Below, in pieces: positions 23,575-37,911 of a DNA stretch of 64,000 bases. Positions within the stretch are counted from its first letter, which is position 1, and every line of letters begins with the position of its first letter. A program made the position numbers and the translations under genes. This DNA is from Eledone cirrhosa (lineage: Eukaryota). The stretch lies in assembly GCA_964016885.1 (NCBI GenBank), contig OZ024751.1, positions 7,750,001-7,814,000 on the forward strand, in the 5' to 3' direction. A model generated the notes under the pieces. It was not told the origin of the DNA. It ran no database searches and saw nothing but the letters and a program-made list of their open reading frames with translations.

Positions 23575-24999
23575 ATCATTACCATACTCACATCCCGTCC
23601 CTTCCCGTACATCCTCTTCATCATCATCAGCATCGTCATTATCATAATCATCCTCTAACTCCTCCTTCATTTATTCGTCATCATCAAAATCATCATTGCA
23701 TTCATTATCATCATCATCATCAGCAGCAGCAGCATGTTCAACATCATCAGCAGCAGCATTATCATCATATTCATTATCATCATCATCATCGTTATCACCA
23801 TTACCATCATAATCATAATCATCAGCAGCATGAGCATCGACATTTATCATCATCATCATCATCGTCATCGTCATCGTCATCGTCATCACTATCAAACCTC
23901 AACATCATCATCAACACCATCATCATTATTGTCATTATTATCATCATAATCATCAACATGACCATCATCAGAATGATCATCGTTGTTTGTCGCCATCATC
24001 ACCAACATCATCATCATCATCAGCATGATTACCGTCGTGTATTATCGTCGTCCACGTCGTTATCAATATCGTCACCATCATCTCCATCGCCAATATCGTC
24101 ATCATCGTCACCACTATCATCATCATCATGTTTGACTTCATCACCATGAACACCAACACTGTTATATAACATAATAAATGAACGCCAACGCAAGTGAACA
24201 TTATTGCTATCTAATCTTCGAAAATGTTCAAGATAAAACAACATTGAATACGAGGATTTAAATGTTCAGCATGTTATGTAGTGTTTTATATCGTTCATGT
24301 ACTTCCTCAGTTTAACGCATGATAAAGCGAAGATACAATGTCATCTCTCTTGGCAACAGCCTCTTGTTGATGATATCTCAACTATACCTGTGTTATTGAA
24401 TGTCACAAAACGTTTATATGCAGATATGGTTTGAAACACATAAATACATACGTACAAACAGATACAACACACACATACAGACACACATATATATGTCTAT
24501 ATTTTGATATTAGTGGATGTGCAAATGTAATAAAAGTTTTAATGAGGGAATGGAAGTGGTGAATTGTATGATGGCTGGGATTTATGTTAAGAAGTAAGGA
24601 GTGGGAAAGAAAGAAGGGAAGTGTTGGGTAATTGGAGCATGGTAATGGGTGGAAATAATGTCTGTGTGTAGAGATGCAAAACGGAATGGAGAAAATTCGA
24701 AATAGTGATTTTCTATGAAAATATATATATTTTGAGTTATGAATATTGGGATGTCCATACGTTGAAGGGTTATATATACAGTCTGTGATGGGCATATATT
24801 TGTTGTGATATGTTTATAGTGCGTTGAGCAGCGGTGCGACATGGAAGGAGGTGCAGATGTGTACAAATATGTAGTAAACTGTAAGAGTATTTAGTTGTAA
24901 TTCAGTATTTATCACTACATTGTTCCCACCAAAAGGAGCAGTGCAATCAAGGCGAAAACGGGATGCTGTCACTTATGTACGGAGAAGCAAAGTTTCCTT

Positions 25000-26190
25000 G
25001 ACAAACAAGGATATCAAGAACTGAAACGTTTGACATAGTATGAATACGTGAGTTGAAGTGAAAGACAAAAGGTAACGTGTTTTTCTTTAAGCAGATATCT
25101 CATATAAAATTGGTGAAACGATCTCTCCAATGAATGTGAAAACACAGAAGAAGGATTTAACATGATATATGAAATAAAAGTAGTGGATGTATTGAAATGT
25201 AACGCAATGGATTCGGGGGCAACAGACGGATCCGGGTTTGATATAAAGATCATTAGAAGAGTTGAGGACTGAGAAACGAGGCAGATTTGGTGTGCGGTCG
25301 AACAGGGATAGTTAATGAAATGGGGTGGACATTGTGGGATCTAGAAGTAGGAAGCAGATTGTACGAGGGTGACATGAGTGTGGGATGTGAGGGCGGAATA
25401 TATCAAGCTTGTGTTCTCGAAGAAGCTGGTTGTGATCACTTGTGTGTGGATAGCAATGTCGCACAAAATACTGCGCCTTTAAGTAAGACAATAACAAAAA
25501 CATGGTCTTTATTGCATCCCAGCGTATAGTAATTTGGAGTGGGAGATACAACATTTAGAGTGGTTGGGCTGGGGCGAGGCAAAGTGAGTTACGGCTTAAG
25601 GACGGCGATTATGTAGATAATGTAAGTAGGGAGAGAATGAGAAAGAGAGAATAGGAACGATTGAAAGATTGGTTTGGGTCTCGAATGTGTTAAAGATGAC
25701 AAGAAAAATATAAGAAGAGAAGATGTGGGAAGGAAGTTAAGTGCTGGGGGAAATGAGTAGACATACACCGATAATGTTAATCCAATTAACACGGGTGAAG
25801 TTGGTGCCACAGATGCAATCATCGATGCATCTGACATAATATTCTAGTAATGGATTAGTGGAGTGTGAAAGCGTTATGTCTAAAGGCAGCTGGTAAATAG
25901 TTTGACTTATTGCTCATGGCTCTCTTGGTTATATAATGGTACAATTCACTGTAAGAGAAAACACGAATAACACATTTAGGCTGAAGCTGAGCAAAGCAGC
26001 AAAGTGTAGAGCTGATCAAGATAAATATTGAGAACACAGAGTTCATTTGCCTCTCAGGTATTACAGTGTTCATTCTTTAAACTATTTAGGAATATGTAAG
26101 AACAAGGAGGAAATGAAAAAAAGATTCAAAGAGATGGAGAACGAGGGTGGTGTCATGGCTGTGGGGACAAATGGTAATGTCTAAGGGAGG
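25000..26190 (-). mobile_element. Degenerate Penelope-like retroelement (RT and probable GIY-YIG remnant)
   Basis: The minus strand gives, in PLE order, HDTTLVLHLF, FSYSELYHYITKRAMSNK, PLLEYYVRCIDDCI (25853-25812, RYIDD motif), SFPPALNF and SIALHFN, with many stops and frameshifts. Confidence 0.7.
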
Positions 26191-29100
26191 AAGATATATA
26201 TATGAGTGATGTGTGATAATTATATATATATATATATATATATATGCGTGTGTGTGTGTGTGAATGTGTATATATATATATATGTGTGTGTGCGTGTGTG
26301 TGTGTGTGTAGGTATGTATGTATATAAGTACGTACGTGCATGAATCTGTGTGTTAGTGTATAGGTATTTATATAAGTATATACGTGCATGAATATGTGTG
26401 TGTGCGTGCGTGTGCGTGTGTGTAGGTGTGTATGTATATAAGTATGTATGTGCAGGAACATGTGTGAAAATATCTTTGTGGCTGTATAAGAAATCAATAT
26501 TTCTTTCATTTTCGCTCAGGCATTGTCCATGATATAGTATGTGCGGAAAGAGAAATTGACGTGATATTGCCATCATTAGCAGTAGTAGTAGCAACAGTAG
26601 TAGTAGTACTTCTGGCAGCCGTAGCAGCTGGCGGTGCAGCTGCAGAAGATTCTAATTTACACACTAAACAATTGAAGTAAACATCAAAGCCGAGATTACA
26701 TAAAATTAATGTCAATTTTTTTCAGCAGAAAAACCAAGACAGTGAGAATCTTAATGTTTTTTCACAAATTCTTCTCTTCATTTAACTCATAGTTTTGAAT
26801 TAGCTTTTTTGAAGTTTGTTTTCGGTAGTAGCGCTAGCTGTTGTGATTCTTCTGTTTGTTCTTGCTATTGTTTTTTTCATCATTTCTTTCTCAGGTATTT
26901 TGTTTTTGTTTAAGTTTTGTATGTGTTATTATTTTTGTTTTTATTACTTGATTCTTGATTTCTTCATCTTTCGCTCTCACCCTCGCATTCTCTATAATCT
27001 TCATTTTTCTCTAGTTATGCGACCACCATCTCAAGGGGTATACCGTAATTAATCAACCATGTAAATTGTTTTTGTTGTTTACTTCTCCCATTTATATCCC
27101 CCCCCCCCCCTATAATATCTCCCTCTATCTTCCCCATTCCCCTTTTCTCTCTCTGAAGATCCAATACGCTAATCATTTTAATTTAATTATTTCGACATTA
27201 TTGCACAATTCAAAATAATTGCTTCGTTGATATTCACTTGATTTCACATACAGTCTACACAGAGTTTTAATATTGATAACATTCACTATTTACAGAGCGA
27301 CCTTGAATAGAAGTTATATTCACAAATGTTCGAGCCGGTTAAGTTTCATTCAGTGTCGTTGTTAAGTTTCACGTCGGCTTTGCTTGAACAGAACTATGAT
27401 CGAAGTTATTTGAGAAATTACTCTGCTGACATTGATCATTACAGACATATATATATTGAAAAGTTTGAAGTCAAATGTAAACTGAATTTAGCAACCATTT
27501 TCTACAGAACGAGTACCAAATTACAGCTTTTTGTCGGCTTGTTATCTTTCAGTTATCGGTCTTATTGTTTAGCTGAATGTCAACGTCTATCGATCTAGCC
27601 TGTGATCAAATGATTTCCAGTTGTTAGCATCAAGCCACATTAGGTGTACAAATAGAGATATGTACAATGTCTATTTTCCCTAGATCCCTAAGATGCGATT
27701 TAAATTAAACAACGTCTTCTATTTCTAGCATGTCATATGGCAAAATTAAGTTTATCTCACTGAAAGCCTCATACGTGTCCCTATGATGTATGAAGCAAAA
27801 CTGTTTAGTTTACAATGATACATCCTCAGGATTGGGTGATAGTCATGAAGTCATAACAACCTATCCGTAAATCAAACATGTGGACATTGAATTCGATGTT
27901 AGAAACGACATGGGTGTAAGACATAGCTATTTATTTTAATAGTATGTACAAATATTAATCAACTTTATTGTCGAAAGATTTATATATTTACTTAACTTCG
28001 ATATATTACGTTGTATGCATGTCCCTATACAATTTATTGCGATCACATTAAGATCATATTGAAAAGCTGCTATCATTTCTTATTAAAGGTGTCGTTATAT
28101 TATTCAAATATATTTCAGTAATATTTCTTTACTGAAATCTATATTTTGCTGTAGATTTACATGTATTATATTTCTTCTTGAGTGACTCTTAGCAGTATGA
28201 CATTTATTCGCGCTGAATCATAGGTAACGATATTTTAAACAAATCTGTTTGAATTTCAGGGCCAATGTTTAATAGGTTACGCTAACACATAAATTATCAT
28301 TCTCGCTCCTTGTACGCCAAAAGAAAATATATCGATTTCTTTCATTGAAAATCTCTTTTTTTTCTTTTCGATGAAACCTCAATGAATGAACAGTTTCAAA
28401 CCTTTCCTAGATCTCCATTATCCTAAATTAAATGTGACTGAAAGCTAGAATTTCAAAGAGAAGAAACAATGTCGATTGCTAAATATAATGTTCAAGAGAG
28501 AGCAATTTTCTTTGGTTCGTGAAATAATCAATACACAATATCCATAGATAAGAGTGAAATCAATAAATAGATTAATTCGAGTTTGATATTGTCCGTCTCA
28601 ATTTCCAAATATGGTGATTGATTTCTATCACTAAATTGATTTCTGTCAGTGTGATGAGGTGGATTTAAACAGTAACCATTCCAAAATTAACCGGTAATTA
28701 TGATCCTTAGCAATGCCAACATTTCTTTAATTGACAACATTTCAAATCACATCCATCAATATTATTTCCAATACTATCAATTTTCCTTCAGGATCCAGCA
28801 TCAGATAAACATTGTCGATTTTAGATATTTGGCGGCAAAAAAAGACAGAGTAAACTTTTATTTTAAACCTATATAATAAGTTGGGTTTATTGCAAGTAAA
28901 GAGATTTTATTTAGTTTACTGACAATCATTGAATACTAATTACATATATTTACATCAGACATTGCGAGTATGTGGGAAGGAAGCAGAATTCCATGTTTCA
29001 TATTGCAATCACAGACATGTTCCAAGATCGAATCATGGAGAATTCGGCATGTTAATATCGTATTTTGAGTTAGACATACTATGTAATAATCATCTCATAT

Positions 29101-30838
29101 TGCTTTCGACTCCCGCCTAACGGTAAACAATTGTACTAAACAGAATATAGAATACGCCCTTATCCATTTAACTGTCTGCAACATTAGCATCGTTTTATTT
29201 TAAGTGTGTTGAAGGAAATAATGGTAATACATTCAAAATAAACAAGTCCTTAATTACACGAATGCCAATGTTGAGGCACTCATCCTTTGGCGCAGTCGCA
29301 ATGAAATTTTGTTTAGACGGGAAATGCTGTTGCATTTTAGTCCATATTTTTTAGAATACAGCGCTATATAATATTGCGGCGCATTATGCAGTCGCATATA
29401 GATGTTAATTTCAGATTAATCTGAAGATATATTAGGAAATTGGAGGATGTGTTCAATTTATCTCAAAATGGCAGGAGGGCAGAATTGAATACCAACAGAA
29501 AATTGGATTGAATATATTGTTATCATCATAAAATTGCATTTACGAAACTAATGTCTTCCATACATTGATGATGATTTTATGGATTCCATTCAGAGGAATG
29601 CAGTAAATATAATACACAAAAGAAATACGTCTGAATAAATCATTTCTACAAGAAATTAGTATTTGAAATACATTACGCCATACATTATCTTCTTTCCTAC
29701 AAATCCCTCAATTGTTTTAAATTAATTGTATGATTTTAAATGGTATTATAGGATATTCCTATCTGGGTTTAAAACGGATAGTCTTATAATGTTTCAGCCG
29801 GCGCCATAACATGTTTTTGTTGAATGTAATAGAAATAGTGTTTAATGCAAATCCACATGCGAGGTTATTTTATGTTCGAAGATAGATGATTAGACGCTTT
29901 TAAAATTCAACATATAATTCATAAATATTAGTATTATTTAGAAGATCAATAGCTAATCATATAGGTAAAACATATTAAATATATTATTTGGAAAGATAAA
30001 TAGTATTATTATACTTACACGGATATGTACAAGCCAATTAATTCATAGACGTTGAAAATAAACACCGCCGTAAATACTCACAATGAAAATGTAATATGCA
30101 AATGAGGTTATGTAATAACATGAAACGATCCATTTAGAAATCCTGGATTACTAATACAACTAAATTAGAATAACGTTTCAATGTAACTAACGACTAATTG
30201 CAGCGTTTTATTTAGTAAAGCGGAGAATATAAAAAATCGCATTAGAGGTAATGAATATATCTGCGATTTTAGAATGTCATAAAAGACAAATATAAATCTC
30301 ATGAAATCACTCCAGGCATACATCAAAATCACTTTCATTTTCCATTTTCTGATTCCATGATTAGTTAAATGCACAACTACCGAACATTTTAATCAGTAAC
30401 TGGGTTAATCCTCACGTCAATGCAATTCAAATGTTCTGTCAATATGAACCACACCATGTTCTATAATGTAAAGTACATTAAGTGTTTAATGCCGTCTAAA
30501 CATAACCAATCCCATGTAAACCTAAGGAGAAACCATTTTCAAAATTATGCAATCCATTCCAAGAATTAAAAATATTTACGGAGGTAGATTTTATTAGAGA
30601 GTTAATATTGATCATGAAGGAAATCTGCATTGTACTATACAAACTATATATTATAAAGGTTTAGAAGTTTTAGATTTAAAATAGGAAGCGTAAATGACTC
30701 ATCAATAATAGGTTTTGCCAGAATATCTAAACGAAGTACGAAATACATGAAATATGTTGTGCGTGTATATCTGCCCTGGGGAAATCCGATTAAGTATATA
30801 TCCCGAGCTCTCACTCTCTCTCTCTGTCTCCCATCTCG

Positions 30839-30915
<77 letters not shown>

Positions 30916-30921
<6 letters not shown>

Positions 30922-30952
30922 CTTTACATATGCTGCAACACTGACGTCAAAT

Positions 30953-30988
<36 letters not shown>

Positions 30989-31025
30989 ATTTGACGTCAG
31001 TGTTGCAGCATATGTAAAGATTTTA
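30916..31025. repeat. Perfect 110-bp palindrome centred on (TA)n
   Basis: 30916-30955 is the exact reverse complement of 30986-31025, and the centre is self-complementary (TA)n. Confidence 0.95.
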
Positions 31026-32350
31026 TTTGTATATTTTAATGGGTCTTGCACGTATATCTGGTGAGATGTCGAAAAGGTGTCAGCCCTGTCACATTGATTG
31101 TTACCTGAACTAATTGATATCGAAACAATTGTAATATGCAAATAAACTGTGTTTATATGCTGCAACATTGACTTCGACTTTTTAAAATATATTTACACTT
31201 TGCACACTACACCCGTAACACTGGAGTGCAATCCAAATGAAACGGACCTTGTACCAACATTGAGTGCTTCGAGTGGCGCGCCGCCTGTAACTATCCTTAC
31301 GCACACTTATTCACGCACGCATGGATGTCTGTATGTATGTATACGTTTTGGTATGATATATACAAATAAAAATGTATAATCTATAATCACATGCATACAA
31401 ACCTAAATCCCATGATTCATTCGAATGTTATTTCGTAAAAAAATATGGAGTATGTTCATATGTGCGAATATAATTTGGAGTAGAATTATTGAATAAATCT
31501 CCTATCATATCTAACCTCATTTCTTTAATGTTACTAGTGACCTGCCATTACTGCAGCGTTAACTGGTATTTCGGATCACGAGAAAAATATCTGCAGCAAC
31601 ATCCCAGAAAGTTTTCCTATAAAGTACAGCCATAAAATATGACATTCCCCCAAATAATAGAGAAATGTTGCTACTACCACTTGTATGATAATATACAATA
31701 AATCTAGAATTAATCTAGAATAGATAGAATAATAATTGAAAAATCATAACGATGGAATTTTCACTGTAAACGAGAACGTCTGTACTACGCACTCCTTACG
31801 CGCTTATTTTTACCACAAAACTATTTACGATGCTTGTTGTAAATGTATGTGATGTTGTGTAGGGAGGTGGGCAATGTATACATTTTGCTAAATTACGAAA
31901 ATATGAAGAATATGTTTTCCTTATTCTTGTGAAAGCTAATTATCAGAATGATTAGAATTAAATTCTCCAAATATCAGTCGCTCTGCAACAGGTTTGGAGT
32001 CGAGCCGGCGGCAGTAAATTTTCTGATGTCCTTAGCCCTAGATCGATACTCATGCTCACCACCATCAGCACACAGTTAGCTATCCGAGGTGAGCCTTATG
32101 AGCTGGAATGGCTGTTCCAGCGCGGCGTCTCCATCACCATCCTCTGGATCAACGCTTTCTCCACTCTGTTCGCCGGGGCTTCAGGGCGGCGAGCATGTAG
32201 GTCTCTATTTGCTTATAATTGTGAGAGATGGGGGAGAGCGGGAGAGACGGAGGCAGTGATAGTCGGAGTTTCGATTTTTGTATTCGAACCTTCTGCTTGT
32301 GTATATGTTTCAGACACACACTCGTGTATAGAATCAATATTATGTAAATG

Positions 32351-32537
32351 GGCAGTGGATTGGCCGTATCGGTATAGAGTCGGACGCCATATTTTGCAGC
32401 ATAGTTACGGCTCTTTACGGTATGAATTCAAATCCTGCCGAGGTTAACCTTGCCTTTCATCCTTACCTGGTCGATAAAATAAAGCACCAGAAATGCAGTG
32501 GGGTCATTGCTGGCCCTGTGCCAAAAGTCGTAACAAT
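32351..32537 (+). mobile_element. tRNA-derived SINE with TSD
   Basis: Family body and tail; flanks ATTATGTAAATG (32339-32350) and ATTAAGTAAATG (32538-32549). Confidence 0.88.
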
Positions 32538-33986
32538 ATTAAGTAAATGTCTTTCTTTATTTGATAAGCTGATCTAATTTGAATTATATTGCTAGTGTAG
32601 GTCTTATTGGACCTACATTTGAACCAGTGGCTATGTTCTGTTTTATATGAGGTATAATTAAACCAGGACGATGTTATCGTGAATGCAGTATTCCTGCACT
32701 TTTAAAATTCTGGAAACAGAAGCGAGAAATAGCAGCAAATTCAACTAGTCCAATAATATCATAAAGGCTATTTATTAACTCACATTTTCAGTTATATATA
32801 GGCGACTGTTTGACTGCCATGTTTTCAGATCAGTCTTCTGTTGTCCGACATATTACCGAGATTATCTTCGGGGACCAACATATCCATTATCACTTTGACT
32901 AATGAAGCAAAAAATCAATGTGACACATGGTCATACGTGTACGTGTGCATGTTCAATTATGTAACAGATAGTGATTAGTGCAATGTTTCAATCTCATTAT
33001 ATTGCTGCTAATTATTTTCTCGAGATAAAATCAGCTGCCGCTTTTATCAATTTGCTAAGGTGATAAACTGCCACAAGTGACATTGCATCGCTTTGAATAC
33101 ATTTCAAACTTCAGTTCTATCAATCCATAACCTTCGGATTTATTTTATAATTGATGTTTCTTTCTTTACATTCAGTCACCCAAACCTTGATAAACCAATT
33201 GTCTCGAAGGAGGCAGCGTATCGATGTAATGGGGAATAATCCATCTGTTACGGTCGTCCTTCTGTGTATGAAATACATGTTATTATCATTAACATCACCC
33301 TTATATCACGTACGGCCACTCTCAGCTTCTATAGAGCGCAGGAGAAAATTGTTATTATCCAGGGATGCAATTGACATTGTTATGTTCAAATTCTATCAAC
33401 GCATATTTAGATAACTAATAACGCATATACAATGTTGTATGATCACTCTTTATGTTAGTGCCTGAATGAATTGATAACACGCCGTAGGAACTATCTTCCG
33501 ATGTTTATGTTTACTACTTTCATATGTTGCTTCAAAAAATTGCAATTATTGACACAAATTGAAACATCCAACCCCACGTCGTTTTCCGCTTGATGTGTAG
33601 TTATTGACGTCACATATAGCACCAATGTCGACAGGAATCTGAGGGCGTCACAACCTAGTTTTCGTTATATTAGAATAAAATATTCTAGAAATTGACAAGG
33701 GAAAGTGGAAGACTGTGTTATTCTTTTCATATACTTATTCGACAGTCTTGGAAACAAATTCATCTATAAGTAAGCATGTTTTTGAAGCAGCGAGCGAGTT
33801 TGAAATTATAAATAGAAGCTTTCGCAGTACTTTGTGACTAAAGAATTTTAGCCTGCTAGTGGCGTTTAGAACCTTCTAAGAAATTGAAAAACATGAGTAT
33901 TGACTTACATAGAAAATATTTCCATAATACACTCACATTACTCTATCACTTTTTAATAAATGCAAGTTGCACACAATCATTATAAT

Positions 33987-34160
33987 TGGTTCTACTTTTT
34001 GCAGAAGGGCAGCAATTACCCCAGTGCATTACTGTTTTATTTCATCGACTTCGTAAGTTAACCTTGGCGGGATTTGAACTCAGAACGCAAAGGGCCATAA
34101 CTATATGCTGAAAAGATAGTTTCCGATGCTCTACCGATACTGCCAATCGACCCACCACAG
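33987..34160 (-). mobile_element. tRNA-derived SINE with 14-bp TSD
   Basis: Reverse B box GGATTTGAACTC; TSD ACAATCATTATAAT at 33973-33986 and 34161-34174. Confidence 0.88.
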
Positions 34161-37117
34161 ACAATCATTATAATATTAGAACACTTGAAATGCGGCGAAT
34201 TTCTTAACAACTTCACATTCTACTGAACCACATATTTTGGTTAATACGCCTTCATATATATCAATCACTTCTGGTTTAGGTAAAATCAAATGTATTTAAA
34301 ATAAACCGTTTAAAACATACTGCAATTAAATCTCTGCTTTTTCTAGAAATAAATTTGGATTGCAGTTTTTATCCTTCAAATTGATTTCATTCAAATCGTA
34401 ACATTTCCACATAAAAGAAATAATCTGCATAGCATTTGATGTAACGTGACATAAATCCTTCTGAAATCACATAAAATATAAAGTTGCTTCACAGCAAATT
34501 ATATAACATACACAATCTTTTACGTCAATAGTTATAGAAGAAACTGATAATTAAAGACATTCATGTTCCTGGGAATCTGTACAAGGAAAGCAAAACGTCT
34601 GTAAATCTACTTCGTGTTGCATAGATTAGAATCTATGTATCTCTTTTATTTTTTGTTTATCAATGGAAAGCGTACAGTGGCACAGACGTAGAATATAATG
34701 TGAATCTTCCAACCGAAATGAAAACAATGAATAACGGAAGAATGTGAATTATTTTTAGCGATAATTTAAACAATATTAAAATAATAATGAATCGCAACAA
34801 GAGGCGTTTTGAAAACATCCTTTTTAGAAAATGCATTGTAACTTTTGGCAGTCTTTGTCTTACGTTTTACACAACGATGATCTTCAAAGCGCAACGCATG
34901 CAGTTGTCAATAGAACAAAAGAATAATCTTTTCTAAATCGAAAAGATTATTATAATCCCCAAAGAATGCCAGTGTACACGTAATCCCCTTACAGAAAAGA
35001 ACTTTCTAGCAAAGGCAAAATTCTCTTGAAAGTAGCTATGTAAAATACAGCTGCCTATAGGCAATACAATTGTTAAGAATACTGGCAAACCAGAGTAGAA
35101 TTCTTAGCCCAATATTATTCTTAAATTTGAGAAATCGTGTCATTAGACATTGTTCTCAAATTCGATAAAATCACTGAAAATCGATAAAACTTACAATCTA
35201 GTGCCAATGGCTATGGAATTGTAAAATCAATATATCTTATTTGTTCACTAAAATGTTGTAAAATGACAAAAGCTGCTGTATTCAATTTCAAAAGATATAG
35301 AAGAATATATAATTCACATTCGCTTATTTAAAGTCCGTGAATTTTTTAATCAATGTTTTATAATTTACAACAATTTACTAAGAAAATGGTATATTATACT
35401 TCAACTTTACTTCGCCTTTTCTGACTGTGAAATGTGGCACACCTTTCAACTAGAATTCCTATAAGACATTGCTAAAAGAATGATTATCAATTGGCACATC
35501 TAAACATTTCGATAGGCTTGTTTGAATTATTTTCTATCCACTTGTTCCCTCTCAGCTGTAAACCATAAAATCCAAAAAGGAATTTTATTGAAATCTCCGA
35601 GGAAACGGAGATGATATTGATACTACTATGTTCTCTCAATCTAAATAATGTCGAAAACATTAGTCAAGTTTATTTAGTATGATTAGATGGTCACCCTGCA
35701 TATTTAAATTAATTAATTATACTACATATTTTTGTTCATAGACAATCTCTGTATTATTACAACGAATATGAACTGAGATCGACTGTAATCACTAAGATAG
35801 TTCAAGCTAGTAAAATACGTTAATACATTTATTATACTACTCGAATATTACCAAAGGTGTTACTGCTAAGGAATACAATATGAACAACTATGTCTCTCTA
35901 TATTGTTCTGAAACTAAATTAACTTTGAACGTTGTCTAGACTGTAGAAGATATAATGGTATATTGGGTAAACTTAAAGTAATTTCCTGCCTCTACTACAG
36001 ACGTAGAAATATAAATCTCTGAGTGGAAAGATCAAAGGAATAATAGAATGTATAGAATGTGTTAGATTTCAAACAGTTGAAAGGTCTGCTAATCAGTTTA
36101 GTATTAGCGAATGTGTGCGAATACCATTAACAATATATTTTAAAAGAGTTCAACATATTTTCATCACCTTCTGTTATGATGGTTGCTTCAATTGTAACAG
36201 TAAATAATATGTTCATTGCAAGTACGCAGTTAATAGTCTCTACGTTACTATAATAAATGCACTTCCATAAATTTAAGAATATTTTATTAGCCGTTACATC
36301 CATACAGGATGTTAGAAAATTAATTCCAAATAGTTCACTATGTCTTAAACTTGTATATAACTGACCAACATTCTTATCATTCTGTTCAAGTCTGCTCTGT
36401 GTGCAGAACTGACTAACAAAAAAAAGCAATCATAATCTCCATGAACATATTGTTTCTGTACTATGTATATATTTAATGCGACATATTTCCTGTTGCGTTG
36501 TTTCGTCTTGATGTTCCCCAAATATTTTTTCCTACAGTTTGATACCAGACAGAAATGTCTGCTTTCAGCCCTACGTTTTCTGTAAATCTTTGACTCCGGC
36601 TCTTATAGGCTGTTATTCTCTTATATTGCATGACTTAAATAACGTATTTCAATTTCTACGTTGGAAAGTTTTAGTTATTTTCGTTTTGCGTTCTTTATAC
36701 AATAAGGACAGTGTTTTATATATATATATATGGAATGTAGAAAAGTGACACATGAGTTGATATATATAAATAAATAGTAAAAAGGAAAAAGATACAGTAG
36801 AATGTGCTGGAGGGATTTTTTCAGTATAATATCAAACATTTATTTATAAAGTAGGGATTTCCGCATTTAATCGTGTACCGGTTTCAGTTTGATATGCTTT
36901 TTCAAGGACGGAGGAGCATAGTGCGGTTAAATTGCATATTTATACGAATAATAATAAAATAGGGAAAAAAGAATTTTAGTTTTTGCATACATATTGATTG
37001 AGGGATGTTCTTATTTTGTCCGAAGTTTCCTTTCGTTCTCTGTTATTGTTGATCAACAGAGGTGGTAGCAGTTTAAAGTTGGCTTTAATTGTTGGCTTCG
37101 ACTGGTAGTAGTGGAGA

Positions 37118-37193
37118 GAAGAAGAAGAAGAAGAAGAAGAAGAAGAAGAAGAAGAAGAAGAAGAAGAAGAAGAAGAAGAAGAAGAAGAAGAAG

Positions 37194-37223
<30 letters not shown>
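37118..37223. repeat. (GAA)n microsatellite
   Basis: Directly visible. Confidence 0.98.
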
Positions 37224-37224
<1 letters not shown>

Positions 37225-37306
37225 GTGGGATGGGGAGAAGAAAACGAAGGAGAGGGAGGTGTCGAAGAGGAAATAGAAGGAGGGACAGGGGATAGGTGTG
37301 TTAATA

Positions 37307-37417
37307 ATTGTTTCTACTTTTGGCACAAGGCCAGCAATTATATCACTGGTACTTTATTTTATCGACCCCGTAAGGATGAAAGGCAAAGTTAACCTCGGCG
37401 CGATTTGAACTCAGACC
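37307..37417 (-). mobile_element. 5'-truncated tRNA-derived SINE
   Basis: Tail, body and B box on the reverse strand; the A-box part is absent. Confidence 0.88.
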
Positions 37418-37870
37418 AATGCAAGGACTATGGTAAGGAAGGAGATGACGGAGAATGGGTGGGTGTAGTAGAAGGAGACGGCAAACAGCTGTAGTTGTGA
37501 TATAATCATTGTTAATAAGGGCAACCTGTAGGTGGGATTGGTTTGAACGATTGAATGAGCTTAGAGTTGACTGAGGTAGTAATTTTTTCTAAAAATATCT
37601 ATCTTGGTATTCCTGTCTGAAATGCTGGCATTCTTAAATTGACCACCAGTGTGGGTGTTTCTAAGAGATCTCCCTATAATACTGGCATTCTTAAATTTCA
37701 CTATATACTTCTATCATTGAAGAACATATAAAGCTTAAACCGGTACACGATTAAATGCGGAAATCCTTACTTTATAAATAAATGTTTTACTTGTATACTG
37801 AAAAAAAAACCTCCACCAGTTTCTGGTGTAATTTTTTTATCTTCATTATTTGTTTATATACATATATAGC

Positions 37871-37911
<41 letters not shown>

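Larger units (their letters stand above)
36807..37819. mobile_element. Long-TIR (MITE-like) element with nested (GAA)n and a SINE fragment
   Basis: 36807-36884 is the reverse complement of 37737-37819, with a near-perfect core of about 50 bp; weaker symmetry extends to about 36930 and 37690. Confidence 0.7.

Noticed and set aside
28791-28850. Possible small plus-strand exon after TTTTCCTTCAG
   Set aside because: Weak donor (GTAAAC), a short unrecognisable peptide and no neighbouring exons.
31980-32260. GC-rich island, possibly an exon or NeSL/Utopia C-terminal remnant
   Set aside because: Only vague motif similarity, with no convincing frame or splice sites.
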